Below are positions 1-13,012 of a DNA stretch of 64,000 nucleotides, piece after piece. Location: assembly GCA_976226885.1 (NCBI GenBank), contig OZ320316.1:78058001-78122000 (forward strand). Reading direction: 5' to 3'. The notes beneath the pieces are model-generated. The model searched no databases, was not told where the DNA came from, and was given only the letters and a program-made list of their open reading frames with translations. Both the position numbers and the translations under genes were made by a program. Origin of the DNA: Iphione sp. A-MEVVRFRX5. Taxonomy: Eukaryota. Each line of letters begins with the position of its first letter. Positions within the stretch are counted from its first letter, which is position 1.

Positions 1-2065
1 ATGAATTCATTGAAAAAACATGAATATTTTCGCAATTGACAACAAGCAGACACGACCCTGTTGGGACCGCGCTAAATACTGTCCGGATATTTTTGTCTTT
101 AAAGTTCGGTAGCCTACTTTTACTGTATGACCGACATCAACGACCATCATTCAATTTTTAAGCGATGCTTGTAAAAACAGGTATAATTAAGATACGAAAA
201 ATCCTGCACCGCTTGTCAAGGGTGAGCTGAATTATTCATGCTGCTCTGCCATCAATTAAAATCACCAGCCAATATTAGGCACATCTGTTAAGCTAATTAT
301 TCAATGATAGCAGCTAGGTGTCACGGTGGCAGTTTCAATGGATAAGCACGCATTTTTCAGCCCTGTCCGGCCGCTCGATTCAGCTGAATAAGCTTTAGGG
401 TATTTTAGCTGATAGCCAGGGAATATCGCAGCTGAACACCCCTGCATATGGATTCCCCCTGGCAGGACAAGCTATGGCGCCTCGGTGCTTTAACTTCTTT
501 TTACCTCGTGGGACACGTTTCCAATCTATATTATCTGGATGCTTTGATCCAGACGCGCGGCTTGTATTATTATGCAGTGATATGGCCTGCCGCATGGATA
601 AGCTTCCAATTTCTAAAGGCAACCTCCCCTTTGACTAGGTAAATCACCTCTGGACGCGTTGGTATTCGGCATGCGGTGTGCATGGCAAGATGAATGTTGG
701 CTGCAAGTTGGCCCGGCCGGGAGCAGGTGTAGGATTGGTGGGCGGCAGCGGCGCGCCGATCGGAACGTCGACCGTGCTTCATAATCCACCAGCTTTGGTC
801 AGAATCCACAAGGTAATACGGCGCGTCGGGCCTCGACCAGCCAGCCCGAGAAGAAGGGCCCGCAGCAACTGTCTCCCTCCTCCCCCTGCCAAGATTGCCC
901 CCTAGATGAATGCCCCCCTCTCTCTCCTCGCTTTCGCTGCCCCTAAATCGATCGGTATGACAAATAAACAGGAAATGTACGACCGCTGAGCCGGGTTTGT
1001 CTAATTTAAACACCGAGTGGTCACTGCCCACTACGGGTAGCGCTGCCGCAGCAGGCGGCCGCCTGGGTGCAGTAAAGACGGGCCAGCGCCGGATCTAGCC
1101 GCCTGCCACGGAAAGTCGGTGACCCTAGCAGGGCCAGCCTATCGGCCATACCTCAGCATCGTTAGCTTACAATGCCTTAAAATAGTCAATGTTGTGAAAC
1201 TGAAACCATATAAGCTATCAGGCGGGAAGAGCAAGTACTTACTTCAACGGAAAGGGTATGTGAAGCTCCTCTGTGTGTTTTAACCAGGTCGAGTAAGCAC
1301 AAAGCCAAGAAATTAATTTGCAATAATAAAGAATATCTACATTCATAGAGTGTGACATTTTAAATACGCTGACAGAAAGAGACATTTTACCGTTTATGCT
1401 ACAGAGGATTTATTTAAAAAAAACATGGTTTTTCCCCCTCAGCATAACGATTTTTACTATCCAATCTTTAGACGTTCAACAGCGTTTCGAGCTTCGCTAC
1501 ATGTATACATGTATACACAAGACCTAACCCACGGGACAATCAATCGATGCTCATCTAACTGCGTATGCTGTTCACATTTGCCGGGAGGCTGCAAGGGCCC
1601 ATGGCCCCGCTTTTTTCAAGTGAATTGACGTTCCACATACAAAATCTTTATCCGCAGTAAAATGTAAGTTTCAAATTTAATTAAACATTTTACCAATACA
1701 AAAACGCACCTTGTGGGAGAGCTGTGAAACACCTAAAAAGTGACAACGTGTGAGTAATGACGATCATATTTCATGCCGGTTTCGCAATTTGAATACCCAA
1801 TTGAATGAGGGACAGATGAGAACTTTGCACTGAAAAAAATACACTGTTAAGCTATTTGGGGATTGATCCACTTCAGATAGAACTTTTACATATGGCTTCA
1901 GTGCAGACACTGTTTCCAGTCAGGAATAGCGTCATATGCCGTAGCGAATCTGATCGGGTAAGTGATCAAGTTTCCCTATTGGCCATACTGTGTCAGTTAA
2001 ATAAACGGCAAAATACAGCAAATACATGTCTATATTGTCGGCATTTTGCCGCACACTTTCAGTAA

Positions 2066-2417
2066 GGCCAAAAAAATAGGTGTGTTTCTGGTAACCCACC
2101 CCTACCTAGTAAAACCTCACCCTACCTAAAACATTTTCGGCCCCAAAGAGTTTCCAAGGCTGAATTTCCTGAAATATGTGCTTTCACGACACATGTTTCT
2201 GGTAAATTCAGTGGAAAAACAATAAAATCCATGGAAATTCACTAAAAAACTGTAAAACTATTACAGATTGGTCAAAATTCTTGATATTGTCTTTATTATT
2301 ATTGAAAACCAGAGCAAGAAACTGGAAAAAAAAATTTAAAAATAGGTACCCCCTCCCTACCTAGGTTTTCGGCTGGTTGTTACCAGAAACACACCCATTT
2401 TTTTTTGGGGGGGGGGC
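2066..2417. mobile_element. MITE (about 350 bp) with terminal inverted repeats
   Basis: The left end ggccaaaaaaataggtgtgtttctggtaac is matched in reverse complement by gttaccagaaacacacccattttttttt..gggc at the right end. TAA precedes the left end. A second copy lies at 23972. Confidence 0.75.
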
Positions 2418-5199
2418 AGAATAAATACTAAGTTGTACTTACTTCCTGCTGGCATCGTCGACGCTGGTCCCAAACGTTAAACAAGCCAAGTGTCATTGTA
2501 TACTGACATGGCAGTAACATGTGAGTTACTTTCGCACTAAATGTGAAATAATCATGCACACTTTCCCAAATTAATGATCCCCGCTACCGAAATAACGAAG
2601 TGAGCACAACTGAAGATAACATAAAAAGCTATGCACACAAGTAATTGTTCGAGGGGTCAGGTGGAAGACCAGGTTAGCCTAATCATTTAATTAGGCCAGT
2701 GGAAGAGTGACGAGTCATCAAGACAGCAGCATTTATGTCCACACGTCACAAAAACAAAATAGGCTTTCATCCTGCTTTTTCTGTCGAAACTTTGTACACA
2801 AGGTACTTGTGTTTTTCTTTGAATGAACCACCAGGGTCCTATCGGTTTCTGCAGCCTCTTAGACTATTAATAGACAACGACCATTCATCCCCGTCTTTTG
2901 TTGGGTGAACTCTTTGCCATGTCACGTCCGTGGAACTTTAGAGGTAAACAGATAACAATGAAATTGTTTCCACGACGTCATAAAGGTTCCTGGTAAATCT
3001 TTAAAAAAAACAGCCAGCTGAACGTGGTCAATTGCAAAGGGAAAAGGCGAAGCAACCAAGAACAATTCATTGCCCAATGCTACATCACTCCCAGACATTA
3101 GAACTGAAATGTTAGGTTCTATGCGTTGGCTGCCTAATCTCAGGTGTTGGCACCCGTACCCAAAGAAAATATACTTCCCTGAGCAAAGCAATTCTTGTTG
3201 ATAACTACAATGTATTTAAAATCTAAATGAATTTTCTTTCTCTTAAGCCTGCAGAAAAAACTGTCTCGTTTTTGGCCTATATTCCATGTATCCAATTTTG
3301 TAAAATGTATCCTGGATATGTGTGTGCAGGGATTTGCTGTATCAACACAATGAGCTGGACCTATTCCATGTGTCTGATGGGTGTGTCCATGTTTGTGCGT
3401 CTGATGCCCAAAAGAAGTAATGCCTGTAAACTCCCCTTACACATAGAAACACATGCATACAATGCATGAGTAGCATAATTTTATGTTATGTAAGATTTTT
3501 TGCTGCTGTGCAGTTTTTTATGAGGTTACATACTTACACATACAGAAAGACCATGTACATGGAATCACCTTTTTTTATGAGTGTCTGGGAAAAGGTCGTA
3601 AAGCAAAAGACTTTCCTGGACTAATCCTGTATATTTTTACAACAACTCCAGCCTTATCCTAGGGAAAAATTGTGGCAAATGCTTACCTCCTCTACATAGT
3701 AAAGTCAGTACTCATGAATAGGATTTTTCTTTATTGACAATCAGTAGGGATACGGACGTGAAATTTCCCAAGTTAAACAACACAGGAAAGGATACATATC
3801 TATGTGTTACAGCAAGCACATAAAGATATAGTCATTGATTTAGTTTTCTCTAATATTGCCCGCAAAGGGACCAACTCCAAATAAATTCTCGTTCCTCAAG
3901 CCACATGCATTAACGATGCGCACTTGGAGATACCCCGCACGCTCGTCTCTCGCAAAGTCACAGGAAAGCTTAATGCAGCGAGTGCATCATTTGGCAAGAT
4001 GACCGGAGGGTTACACTTATGAATAATGCCTACATAGGGACTGCGCGTTGTTGTTCTTTTGGGGATTCTCTGTCCGAGTTCATGACCCCGGTAGAAGGTG
4101 AATGGGCTCGGCCGGCCATAGTTTAGTGGCGTCTGCTCGGGGGTGGCCGTTTATCTTGGATGCTCTGCCACCTCCCATCGAGGTCTCTCGGCCCAAAGTT
4201 GGGCCTGTCTTCAGCTGCGCCCCTCGTAGAGCGAGCCGTAGTAATCAACGCGGTGTTTATAGCCGGCCTCGGATATTAATTCATCAACAGGACAGAAGAA
4301 TTATTAAAATGTCCACCGCACGCTTTAGGAATTAGGGCGCCGTCACAAATAACTCTCATGGCATGGGATAAGCACGTGATCAGGGGGTTATCTGCCCACT
4401 AATCGGAATTACCGAGGATCTCTTGCGCTTTGACAAGGAAAGCTGATTCCCCAACAGAAACAACAATCCCCTCTGATCCGCCGTGATCCATGGTCTTTCG
4501 TCTTCATCAGTCTTCGTTAACAAAGCTAATGTAGGCCGATGGGCAGCCGACATTTCGACGCCACTGTGGGCGTTTCGGCGCGTGAACATCTTGTTTGGCT
4601 GCTCTAGGCATGAGCAGCAGTTATTTCCTTGCTGCTGCCATTTTCCATTTCCGTCTTGGCTATCACAACGTTCTGGTTTTCGAAACGCTACCAGCATTTG
4701 CCATTACCAGTTACATGGATGTAGTACTGGATGCAATAGTCGAGGGGGGTTGGCAGTCACAAGCCATACTCTTCAACCTTTTCTATCGCGACTGGCATCT
4801 CTGCCATGCACGTGTGTGTAACCTTTGTGTGATTTCTAGTCGGAAGGGCTTGTGTTTTTAGGGAAACCGCTTTGGCCGTGAAAATAATCGTCGATGCCAC
4901 AAATTACTGAGAGAAACGTACACCGTTGCCAAATTATTACGTCGCTCTAACGTTTCACTTCATCACCGCATCAGTTGGGTGGATCTCCCCCGATTGTCTG
5001 GATCTTCCACGAGGAGATTGAGGAACCTAATGCAAATAATGTAAATTCCTATCGTAGGCCAATGCTGGTCCGCCGACATTCAGGTAATCTGAGCCCGAAT
5101 GAGGTCTGATTGGGACTGGTCCGACCACATTGGGATGCATCACCGACGTCTCAGCGGTCCAAGAACGTGATTGGTTAGAGATGGTGGACCACACGACAG

Positions 5200-6150
5200 G
5201 AAGTGACGTCACAGCACCGACCGTTGGCCCTTCCGTGGACTAGGCAGGCGGCGGACTTCCTGTTGCTAGCCAAACCACCTGAGTGGATGGAATGAACCGT
5301 GATTAGATTTATCCCTAGAAAATAGATGGTGATTGTCTCTAAGGAAACCCTCTCCCAATATAGCACCTGGCAATTGCATTTCTGTACGCGCGGAAACATT
5401 CTGCGTAACCAAATGCGCATAAAGTGAAAATGCATACGTCTTTATCGTCGGAGGAGAGTGGCTAATGTGAGGAGTTAGCGCTGGGGAGATCGGACGTTTT
5501 AAAGTGGAAGGTCTTCCTGGTCTCCAGGCCTGCTTGACGTGTTTGTGCGTAATGAGGCTGCGTGCCTAATGGCAATCGATGGAAATTGTTCCGGGGCTAT
5601 ACGAGGATGGAGTGAAGACGTCAAGGCACACTGGGCTCTCCGTTAGCAAGGAAACACGGGCTCATAACTAGAAGGGGCCACCAACCTAGTTGTGCAGCCT
5701 GGGGGCTCTTCGCCATATTGAGGTGTTACGGTCTGCAGCCTGGAGCGGATGGCCAACAGAACCGAAGGAATGCCGACGGAATGTCCGCGAGTCCTACGAA
5801 GGCCGGACACGAACGGCCGCGACGCTCGGTCGGATTGATTGAGCACTGGAGGCCGTCCTGAAGGACTGGCCTATCTAGCCCTGACCCTCTCTCCCCACGC
5901 CGGCCCCTCGTCCCTAGACGGCTGGCCCCGTGGGAAGCAGCTTCCTGAGCTGCCTTTGCCGTCCATTTAGGCGGGGAAGCCAATTCTGCCGCGTTACCCA
6001 CGGCATAATTGATGGAAACCTGGTTAGTCCGTCATAACCAGCATGAAATTCCAATTTCGCCTTCGTCAATGCGGCACAAATGAGAACTAGCCAGGCCCCC
6101 GGGCTGTGTGTCACGCCCGGCCGACTAACCAGCCTGAGTAAATGTCCGAG
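5200..6150 (-). mobile_element. Possible eroded Gypsy gag and protease relic
   Basis: AAELASPPKWTAKAAQEAASHGA resembles the gag A..N.W...KA..LA.SL.G.A segment. PGAILGEGFLRDNH resembles the aspartic-protease ILG.DFL motif. Weak, by-eye similarity only. Confidence 0.3.
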
Positions 6151-6959
6151 CACATCAACGTTGGGGCCGTGACCCCCAGACAACTGGCTACCGGGCTGCG
6201 CGGCAAGAGAATGCTTTGGTGCTGCCGGTGTAGGCGCGTTCATGGGTTTTATTTCAGAGCAAGGTGCAGTGGTAATAGACGGTTGGTGTGCTGGACCCCC
6301 ATCGTCCACCCTCTCGCTGCCCCTTCTCACCCCGTCCCACTGGCACTCAAGACTGCCTCCCCTTCGTCTCACAACCCTTTACTATTGATAGCTTCGATTT
6401 GTTAGTCCCACCCTCAGACATATATCAGCAAAGTGATAAATTATTCTAGGCACGCACGCTACCGGCAACATAGCTCTTACGTGTGTGGGGAATGTTTTTT
6501 TCTATTCGTGAGGCCGGATGACCTGGCTGCGCCCCTGCATTTCCAGACTGAGGTCAGACTGAAGGGTTGTTCTTTTCTTTAGCACAAAGTCGAACGTGGC
6601 TGTCAATAAAGGTAATTTCATCAGGCGAAGAACCGATGGTCCGTGATCCAATGGCTTGGTACCTCTAAGCACAAACCTGGCGTTTTACGTTATGCTACGG
6701 ACTTTAATGTCTATATGAATATATATGCACAATGGGTGTAAGCCTGCTTATCAGCCTTTGAAACTCCATTTCTCCCAGGAAAGGCTCTGCCTATGCAGGG
6801 TGACTTGCCCAGCAAAGACTTGATATCAATCGATAATGCCATACGGGAAATATGTCTAGACGTCGACATTCATGTATGGCTCGCTATACGGGATTTGCAG
6901 AACCGTCAATCTTGATCTTCATATTTGTGACAGAAGCTGTGGCTAGGGCTGTCGGGAAA

Positions 6960-7200
6960 ACTATCTGGAGAAAATAGCCGTGAACGATTGTCTCTATCTG
7001 GCGTAAGCAGTTACAATGAATCGGACAATCTACTGATAGCAAATAGTGCGTCTACCTTGAAGGACGAACAATTGTGCCACAAATACACCCTGGGACACGC
7101 CCAAGACGAGATTTGCTTGGCTATCCTTGTGCCTAACCGGCGGTCGACTGCACATGGTCCAGTCACAAATTGACCGGTGTTGTCGTCTCGCATTGGATTT
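6960..7200 (-). mobile_element. LINE RT relic (CR1/L2/Jockey-like)
   Basis: LGVSQGVFVAQLFVL resembles GVPQGSVLGPLLF. A TAYAR at the expected distance resembles YADD. Confidence 0.3.
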
Positions 7201-7749
7201 AGCTTTGTCTGTAATTGAATGTGTCGGGCGAGTCTGCGAGGATGGGCACTCTAATATGATGGATGAGAAGCCCAGTCCTGGGGCTGCTGCCGTTCCAGAC
7301 TGGTCCTTTCCCCTGGTCAAATGTCCCACTTCCCTAGACCAAGCGTTCACTTACAGTGACGTTTGCTCGCAGAAATACACACTCTGACGCCAGCCCTCTG
7401 CCATGCGATAAGTCCTCCGGTCGGCAGACTCTAGTGTGCATGAATAATCGGGGTGTCAGGTGCACGAGCCTTTCCATTGGTGGGTCCTAGATGAAATCTT
7501 CAGCAGTCAATTCAGCCTGTTTCTGTCTTTTTCTAGATTTAAGACCAGAAAAGGTGTACATATACTGCATCTTACTAAGTTTCAGGACCTCATGAGGTGA
7601 CAGGTACAGACTGTTGATATTATGCATGAGAAAGTCTTCAATAAAGTCATAATAATGAATATATAATAAACGAAAATACAATGCACATACATTTATACTA
7701 GATTGAACAGATGCTGCTGACGTTTTCGTTGACAGTACTTAATGTTTTA

Positions 7750-7829
7750 TCTTTAAGATAATTATGCAAATCATGACAATAAAAAATGATCTTTTAGATG
7801 ATTATGCAAATCATGACAATAAGAGAAAA
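7750..7829. repeat. 40-bp tandem duplication, each copy containing ATGCAAAT
   Basis: attatgcaaatcatgacaataa at 7761 and 7801. Confidence 0.85.
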
Positions 7830-8456
7830 AATTATTTTCATGACTGTCCACAGTACTATGGGCCAGCACAGCTTCTGGCAAATATATACATACATATGTA
7901 AAGGAACGATCCTTGTTTGAAATTACTATTTCCCTATACTACTTACAAAAGAAAGGTATGTGTTTCAGAAGCCCGATGTACTGAACTGATTACTTCTCCA
8001 ATTAAGCAAGGCCTATTCTTTATGTCATTGGAAAGAAGGTCATGTATTCGCTGCTACAATATATTCATATCTTTAAGGAGGTACCCATCTTAGACGGAAA
8101 CAGACAAATTGCTTGAAAATTGTGGTATTAGTCCCCACCGTATATTACCTAGGGGAATAGCCTTGAAGGTTGCTGCTCTTAAGTCTACAACAAGAGACAC
8201 ATGGGGATGCAACACACAGTGCATCGCACTCAGTACCTACCCGAAGAGCCAATAATACAGCCGCGTCCATATCGTTAAAAGCAGCCGCCCAGTCCCCTAC
8301 AGGGAGTGCGATGTCACTGATTACCTGCTATATATGCCCGCCCCCGGTAGCTTGTGCATTAGGACGAACTTTCCATTCCTTATCCTCTCGCTGATAGGTC
8401 TATTACAAGACTGGCACAGTTTCAGACGCTGTGCTGTCTTCACTGTATGCTTGCGT

Positions 8457-8584
8457 NNNNNNNNNNNNNNNNNNNNNNNNNNNNNNNNNNNNNNNNNNNN
8501 NNNNNNNNNNNNNNNNNNNNNNNNNNNNNNNNNNNNNNNNNNNNNNNNNNNNNNNNNNNNNNNNNNNNNNNNNNNNNNNNNNNN
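8457..8584. other. Assembly gap (128 N)
   Basis: Run of N. Confidence 1.
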
Positions 8585-8839
8585 ATAAGCGTCAAATGAG
8601 CAAATCTATTTTCTCCGATATTTCAGTTGGCGCAAATGTTCCTGCGATAATTCATCTCAATAATGGACAGCTGAATGATGATACATTTCTATATATATAT
8701 ACACATATACAGAATGTGCGTTTTTGCTTCATAGAACCTGGTTCCGCTTGATGAGGGATAGATGTGACCTCGTTTCCCATTTTTCGATATATAGATATAT
8801 GCATATAGAGGAACGGCTAAACAGCTATTACATGTATAT

Positions 8840-8881
8840 CATTATTTCAAACGTCATGTGCATTATTTCAAACGTCATGTG
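8840..8881. repeat. 21-bp perfect tandem duplication
   Basis: cattatttcaaacgtcatgtg, two copies. Confidence 0.9.
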
Positions 8882-9059
8882 CAGGTATCAACATTTAATC
8901 TTTATAACTCATATAACAGGCAATATTCGGCGATTTGACAAATACATTCCTTTAATATCTACAAATGTATGCATTAGTCACAACGTATGGAATAATGCCA
9001 TGTATCAGGGCCTTCCTATCTAAGAATTGTAAATTGTCTCGAGTCATTTAAAGTCTATT

Positions 9060-10650
9060 AGTTTTAGATCTATAGGGCCTTTTCCTGTGGTGATCTAATG
9101 GATCCATTGAGTATCTCCCGGGAACTTTCGCTTCGAATTCGACATATTGCGGTCGACCATCATGACACTCAAGCTCCATTTCGCTATGCTAATCCAGCGC
9201 CCGCGTTCTGCTTCGCTTGCAACTGCCTTGATCGGTGGTCCAGCTTATCTGATCCAGTAGATTGATTAATCTGTCCGTGTGAAGATCGGAGCAGATTATT
9301 GGAGCTGCTCACTAGCCTTAACTCCTCTGAGGGTGCTGTGTGGCTGCCAAGCCAACCCCGAGCTCCTAGCCGCCAAGACTGGAGACAAATGACACATCAG
9401 ATGGTCCAATATAGAGAGAGAGTGAACTAGCTGTCAGTGTATATACCTGCCAGCAGTACTGCTTTGGCCAAATATATAAACACAGACTACCATGGTGGCT
9501 CCTCAAAGCCTGTGATCTTTTGCCCACAGGGACGGATAACTCTACTACGTGTACATAAAGGCAAAAGTCACCCAATTATTCATATAATTATCAAAATGGT
9601 GTCTATGTCAATATTCTATTCCGTCCACGTCTCTGGATCTTGGTAGCGTATTGATAACCTTTAGTGTCCAGTCAAATATGACATCCTTATTTATCCTTAT
9701 CACCACGATATATCTTTGTTTTTAGCCCTGATAACATCTAAGGGTTAGGAATCCGGTTATCTAATTTCGTGAAAACCCGGACATGGTTAACTGGATATAA
9801 GGAGTAGACCTATTTTCACTACAACGCATAGGGGCGTGTATGGATGAATTACCACTATAAGCATCAGCTGACAGTGATGCATGGAGGCCGCCAGACAGAC
9901 CGAGTACTGACGCGTTCCTTAAAGCCATGCAAAAATTGTCGGCTGAGGAGTGTGCGTTTCACTGTGAAAGGAGCTGTCAGAAGAACTCCATCTGAGTCTC
10001 AAAAAATGCCCGCCATATGATATAGACCCTCGTACAGTACAATGCGGCGCAATCAGGATCTGATGAGACAGATATAATCGCCGGAAATGCATTGATCGCC
10101 TAATACATCACGCCAGGCAGTGGAGGGTATTTGTTTAACTGCTAGACGACCTCCCGATGCGTAAGCTGCAGAGGACGCGGGTGCCCTGCCGAGGGGAGGC
10201 AGAGGAATACGAGTGTGATGTCTCTGAGGGTGGGCAGTGATAGTTCCAGGCCGGGGGAGTCACCTACGATGCCTGCCCATCAGGCGAATGAACTATCGCT
10301 TAGGAGCCGGCGGCGGGTCGGTTCGAGGGGAGGCGTGGAGGGGTTGTAAAGGGGTCGTGCGTGCACTAAGCGGAAGGGGAACAGGTGGGGCCATTTGCCG
10401 CTCGCTCGACATTACCCATATCGTTCCACGGCTTGTCATAAGCGCGACCAACACGCGCCGCTCCCCGGACAACTCATCGAAGCGAGCGAGTGGAGGACGA
10501 AGAGCCCACACATGGTCGAGCAACGAGTAATGGAGAGTTGGCCCCATTAGGATGATATCCCCTAGCGCTTCGTGCATGACAGGAGTGGCCGTTCTTAGTC
10601 TCGGCTTTACTTTGCTTGTCTTCACCTAAGCAATGAAGCCGGCGCTAGCA
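9060..10650 (-). mobile_element. Eroded Ty3/Gypsy pol relic (RT followed by integrase)
   Basis: Collinear degenerate motifs: LGDIILMGPTL (YLDD-like), PPPAPKR*FIRLMGRHRR (P-x-P...FLG..YYRR-like), ELSVPVGKRSQALRSHHGSL (integrase Zn-finger region) and HDGRPQY (SDNGPQF-like). Confidence 0.5.
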
Positions 10651-11449
10651 GACCCTGTATGCAAAATATAGGCGCAGGATTGTATTCCTGTCGTTCCTTT
10701 TATTTTCTGCACTTCTACACTTAATGGACTTGGACAGTTTCGTGTTATCCGTTTTGCGTTTCATAATCATGCGTCTAGATGGAAAAATAGATGTGTGAAA
10801 AAAAATTCTAGCTTTTGCATGGAACTCGAATTGATCAATAATCCAGTGCACAGAATGTTATTCTTGACAGAAGCGGCCTTCTCTTTCTGGCACGGTTCCT
10901 TGCATGGAACTGCTTCTCCTTAAATTTGTCTTGTACTTGATGTGAATATAACTATTCATTATAAGTACGTGGTCTACCGGCCTTTATGGCTGTAAATAAA
11001 CTGCGTGGAGATGGGGGAAGGCTCCTACAGTCGTAAATGTCACAGCGGACTTATTGGATGACAGAGCATTTCTAAGCTGATCCTTTGCACTGATAAGTTA
11101 TGGTAGTTGGACGTTGCGGGTCGACCTATTCTCCATCCTATTGTAGTCGATTCACCGTTGGATCCTATCATATGGTATTATTTCTAAGTTATTCGCCCAT
11201 ATAGAATCGTTTGTATGATGAATACGCGTACATGCACTTTAGGCAATTCATAACATGACTGTTATGCACAATTGCTCATTTTGTTTCTGCATAAAATCTG
11301 TATTTCTTCATCTCATCTGATATTTTTGCTTCTGTCGTCAACAGCAACGGAGAGCATTTGCTCATGAACACGAACAATCAACAAATCATGTTCGTATGGA
11401 TAAAGAAATCAAAGCAACGGAAGGAGGAACCGTTTTAACCTTGCAATAA

Positions 11450-12000
11450 AGCTCCCTACTCATCTTGGCTGTCACTGCAGCGCCCCTCTTTTTTTAACAA
11501 TACCTGACGGCCTTGGGTGATTGCTTGTAACAATTTTCCTAAAGTCGTCATTCGTCTTGTTCTCTAGGCGCTAAATGTAATCCTTTAGTTAAATTTCGTC
11601 CAACGAAGCTGCAACTTAAGTGAAATTGCGCGAGGGAAGCATTATGGAACGTTCATCAATGTTTCTTCCATTGTACCGGCACACCGGGTTGCTTGAATAC
11701 TGAAGTTCTGAAGCTGTTTCTTCCCACAATAACGTATGCAGTCCTCGGCTGGGTGTCATAAAAATCTGTAGTCAACGGAATGTGCAATGTGGCCATTGAC
11801 AGCTGCCTGCTATGACTACATGACAGAACCATCCGACCAGTGGCGCAATAATGGCTTCAGACTTGCCTCAGAGAAAAGCTACAGTTAGTTGGCTTCAGGC
11901 GCCATGGGTGTTATGTTGTCAAGTCGCCCGATGTAGCACAATTTCTTTTGGGGCGGCAGTCTGTGAGGTATAAAGGAAAATGATTTTGGCCTGCTGATCC
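11450..12000 (-). mobile_element. Eroded Ty3/Gypsy RT fragment
   Basis: WRLKPTNCSFSLRQV resembles the L-x-L-K-P-x-K-C-x-F...V motif of Gypsy RT. It is followed by KQPGVPVQW (f-x-W region). Heavily degenerate. Confidence 0.35.
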
Positions 12001-12299
12001 CATTGGATTTCCCGTTATCAATGTGTTGGGATCTATTCTGAGTAGACCGCTTGAGGTTCGCGGAAAGCAGGAGGTATTATCTCGTCCTGTTGTCTCAGGT
12101 CATTTTAATTTTCTCATTCAGTGACCTAATATCTTTCGGTGGGAGGGCGGTGTTCTCACCACGACCTAGCCATCGATCACATGCCTTTACTTGAAGCGAA
12201 GGATCCACCCGGCTACGCCCCAGACCACATCCTGTCCGACACGCCTCCCCTACTGGCGTCCCCAAGGGATTACATCCCTCCCCTGGTTCTGACGCCCAC

Positions 12300-12924
12300 C
12301 GCAGAGTAATGCATCAAGCCCTGGAGTTTAGTACCTTAGAGGTTACCACCCCCTGTCAGTATAGCAGTCGTTGACTAGCGGGTGTTCTACATTATACAGT
12401 ACATTGGACGCCTTCGATCGTATGCGTTCCCACCTAGCTTTTGTCATCTGTGGCGCAACTTGCAGCTCTGTGTCATTGCAAAGGGACTCTTTCTGGGGAT
12501 TTTCTCGGACCTTTCCTCCGCACGTGCTTGAGCTCGGGTTGCCGGTCGCCGGCTGTGAAAATCAATCGCTGTCAGAGCACGCTGCCGGAGACAGGGAGGG
12601 AGAGAGCCATCGATTGCCTGTCGGGTTGCTGCAATAGCGCCACACCGCCTCTTGCTGGTCGCCTCCGGGGCACACTGGCGGCGCGCCGCAGTGGTGGTCG
12701 GCCTGCCAACTGCCACCACCACCGCCACTTGTGCTCTGGCTTGGGGACGCGTCGGGCGCATTCTAGGAGCACCGGCTGCTCTTGCTTGATGGCCTGCTGG
12801 CGTACTGAGAAGGCACACCGTTCACCTATCCTTTTTTCGCTGAACGGCACGCCACGCTGCTGGTCTGAGATACACATCTGCGACATCCGCAAACGTAACT
12901 TTGATTAGGCACAGCTGCTTGACC
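12300..12924 (+). promoter_or_regulatory. GC/CpG-rich segment upstream of the putative start codon: candidate promoter / 5' UTR
   Basis: Visibly GC- and CpG-rich relative to the flanks, and it runs directly into the gaccATG of exon 1. The TSS cannot be located from sequence alone. Confidence 0.4.
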
Positions 12925-13012
12925 ATGTTGACCGTAGTCTGGATTTTATTGGTTTACCTGACTGCCTTCAAGTGGAAACAATCCGTGGGATTTAACATTG
13001 ACCATCAAGGAG
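12925..13012 (+). CDS. Putative first coding exon: signal peptide MLTVVWILLVYLTAFKWKQSVG-FNIDHQG
   Basis: The ATG is in gaccATG context and is followed by a hydrophobic h-region and a plausible SVG|F cleavage site. The exon ends at a perfect GAG|GTAAGT donor in phase 1, which matches the next exon. A GC/CpG-rich region lies upstream. The link across a 19-kb intron is inferred. Confidence 0.6.

Noticed and set aside
8334-8751. ORFs spanning N runs (also 59635-59949)
   Set aside because: Artefacts of translating through assembly gaps.
12371-12908. Four overlapping GC-rich ORFs, initially considered as Gypsy gag
   Set aside because: No convincing zinc knuckle or gag motif. Open frames on both strands are explained by GC richness of a probable promoter/5' UTR.
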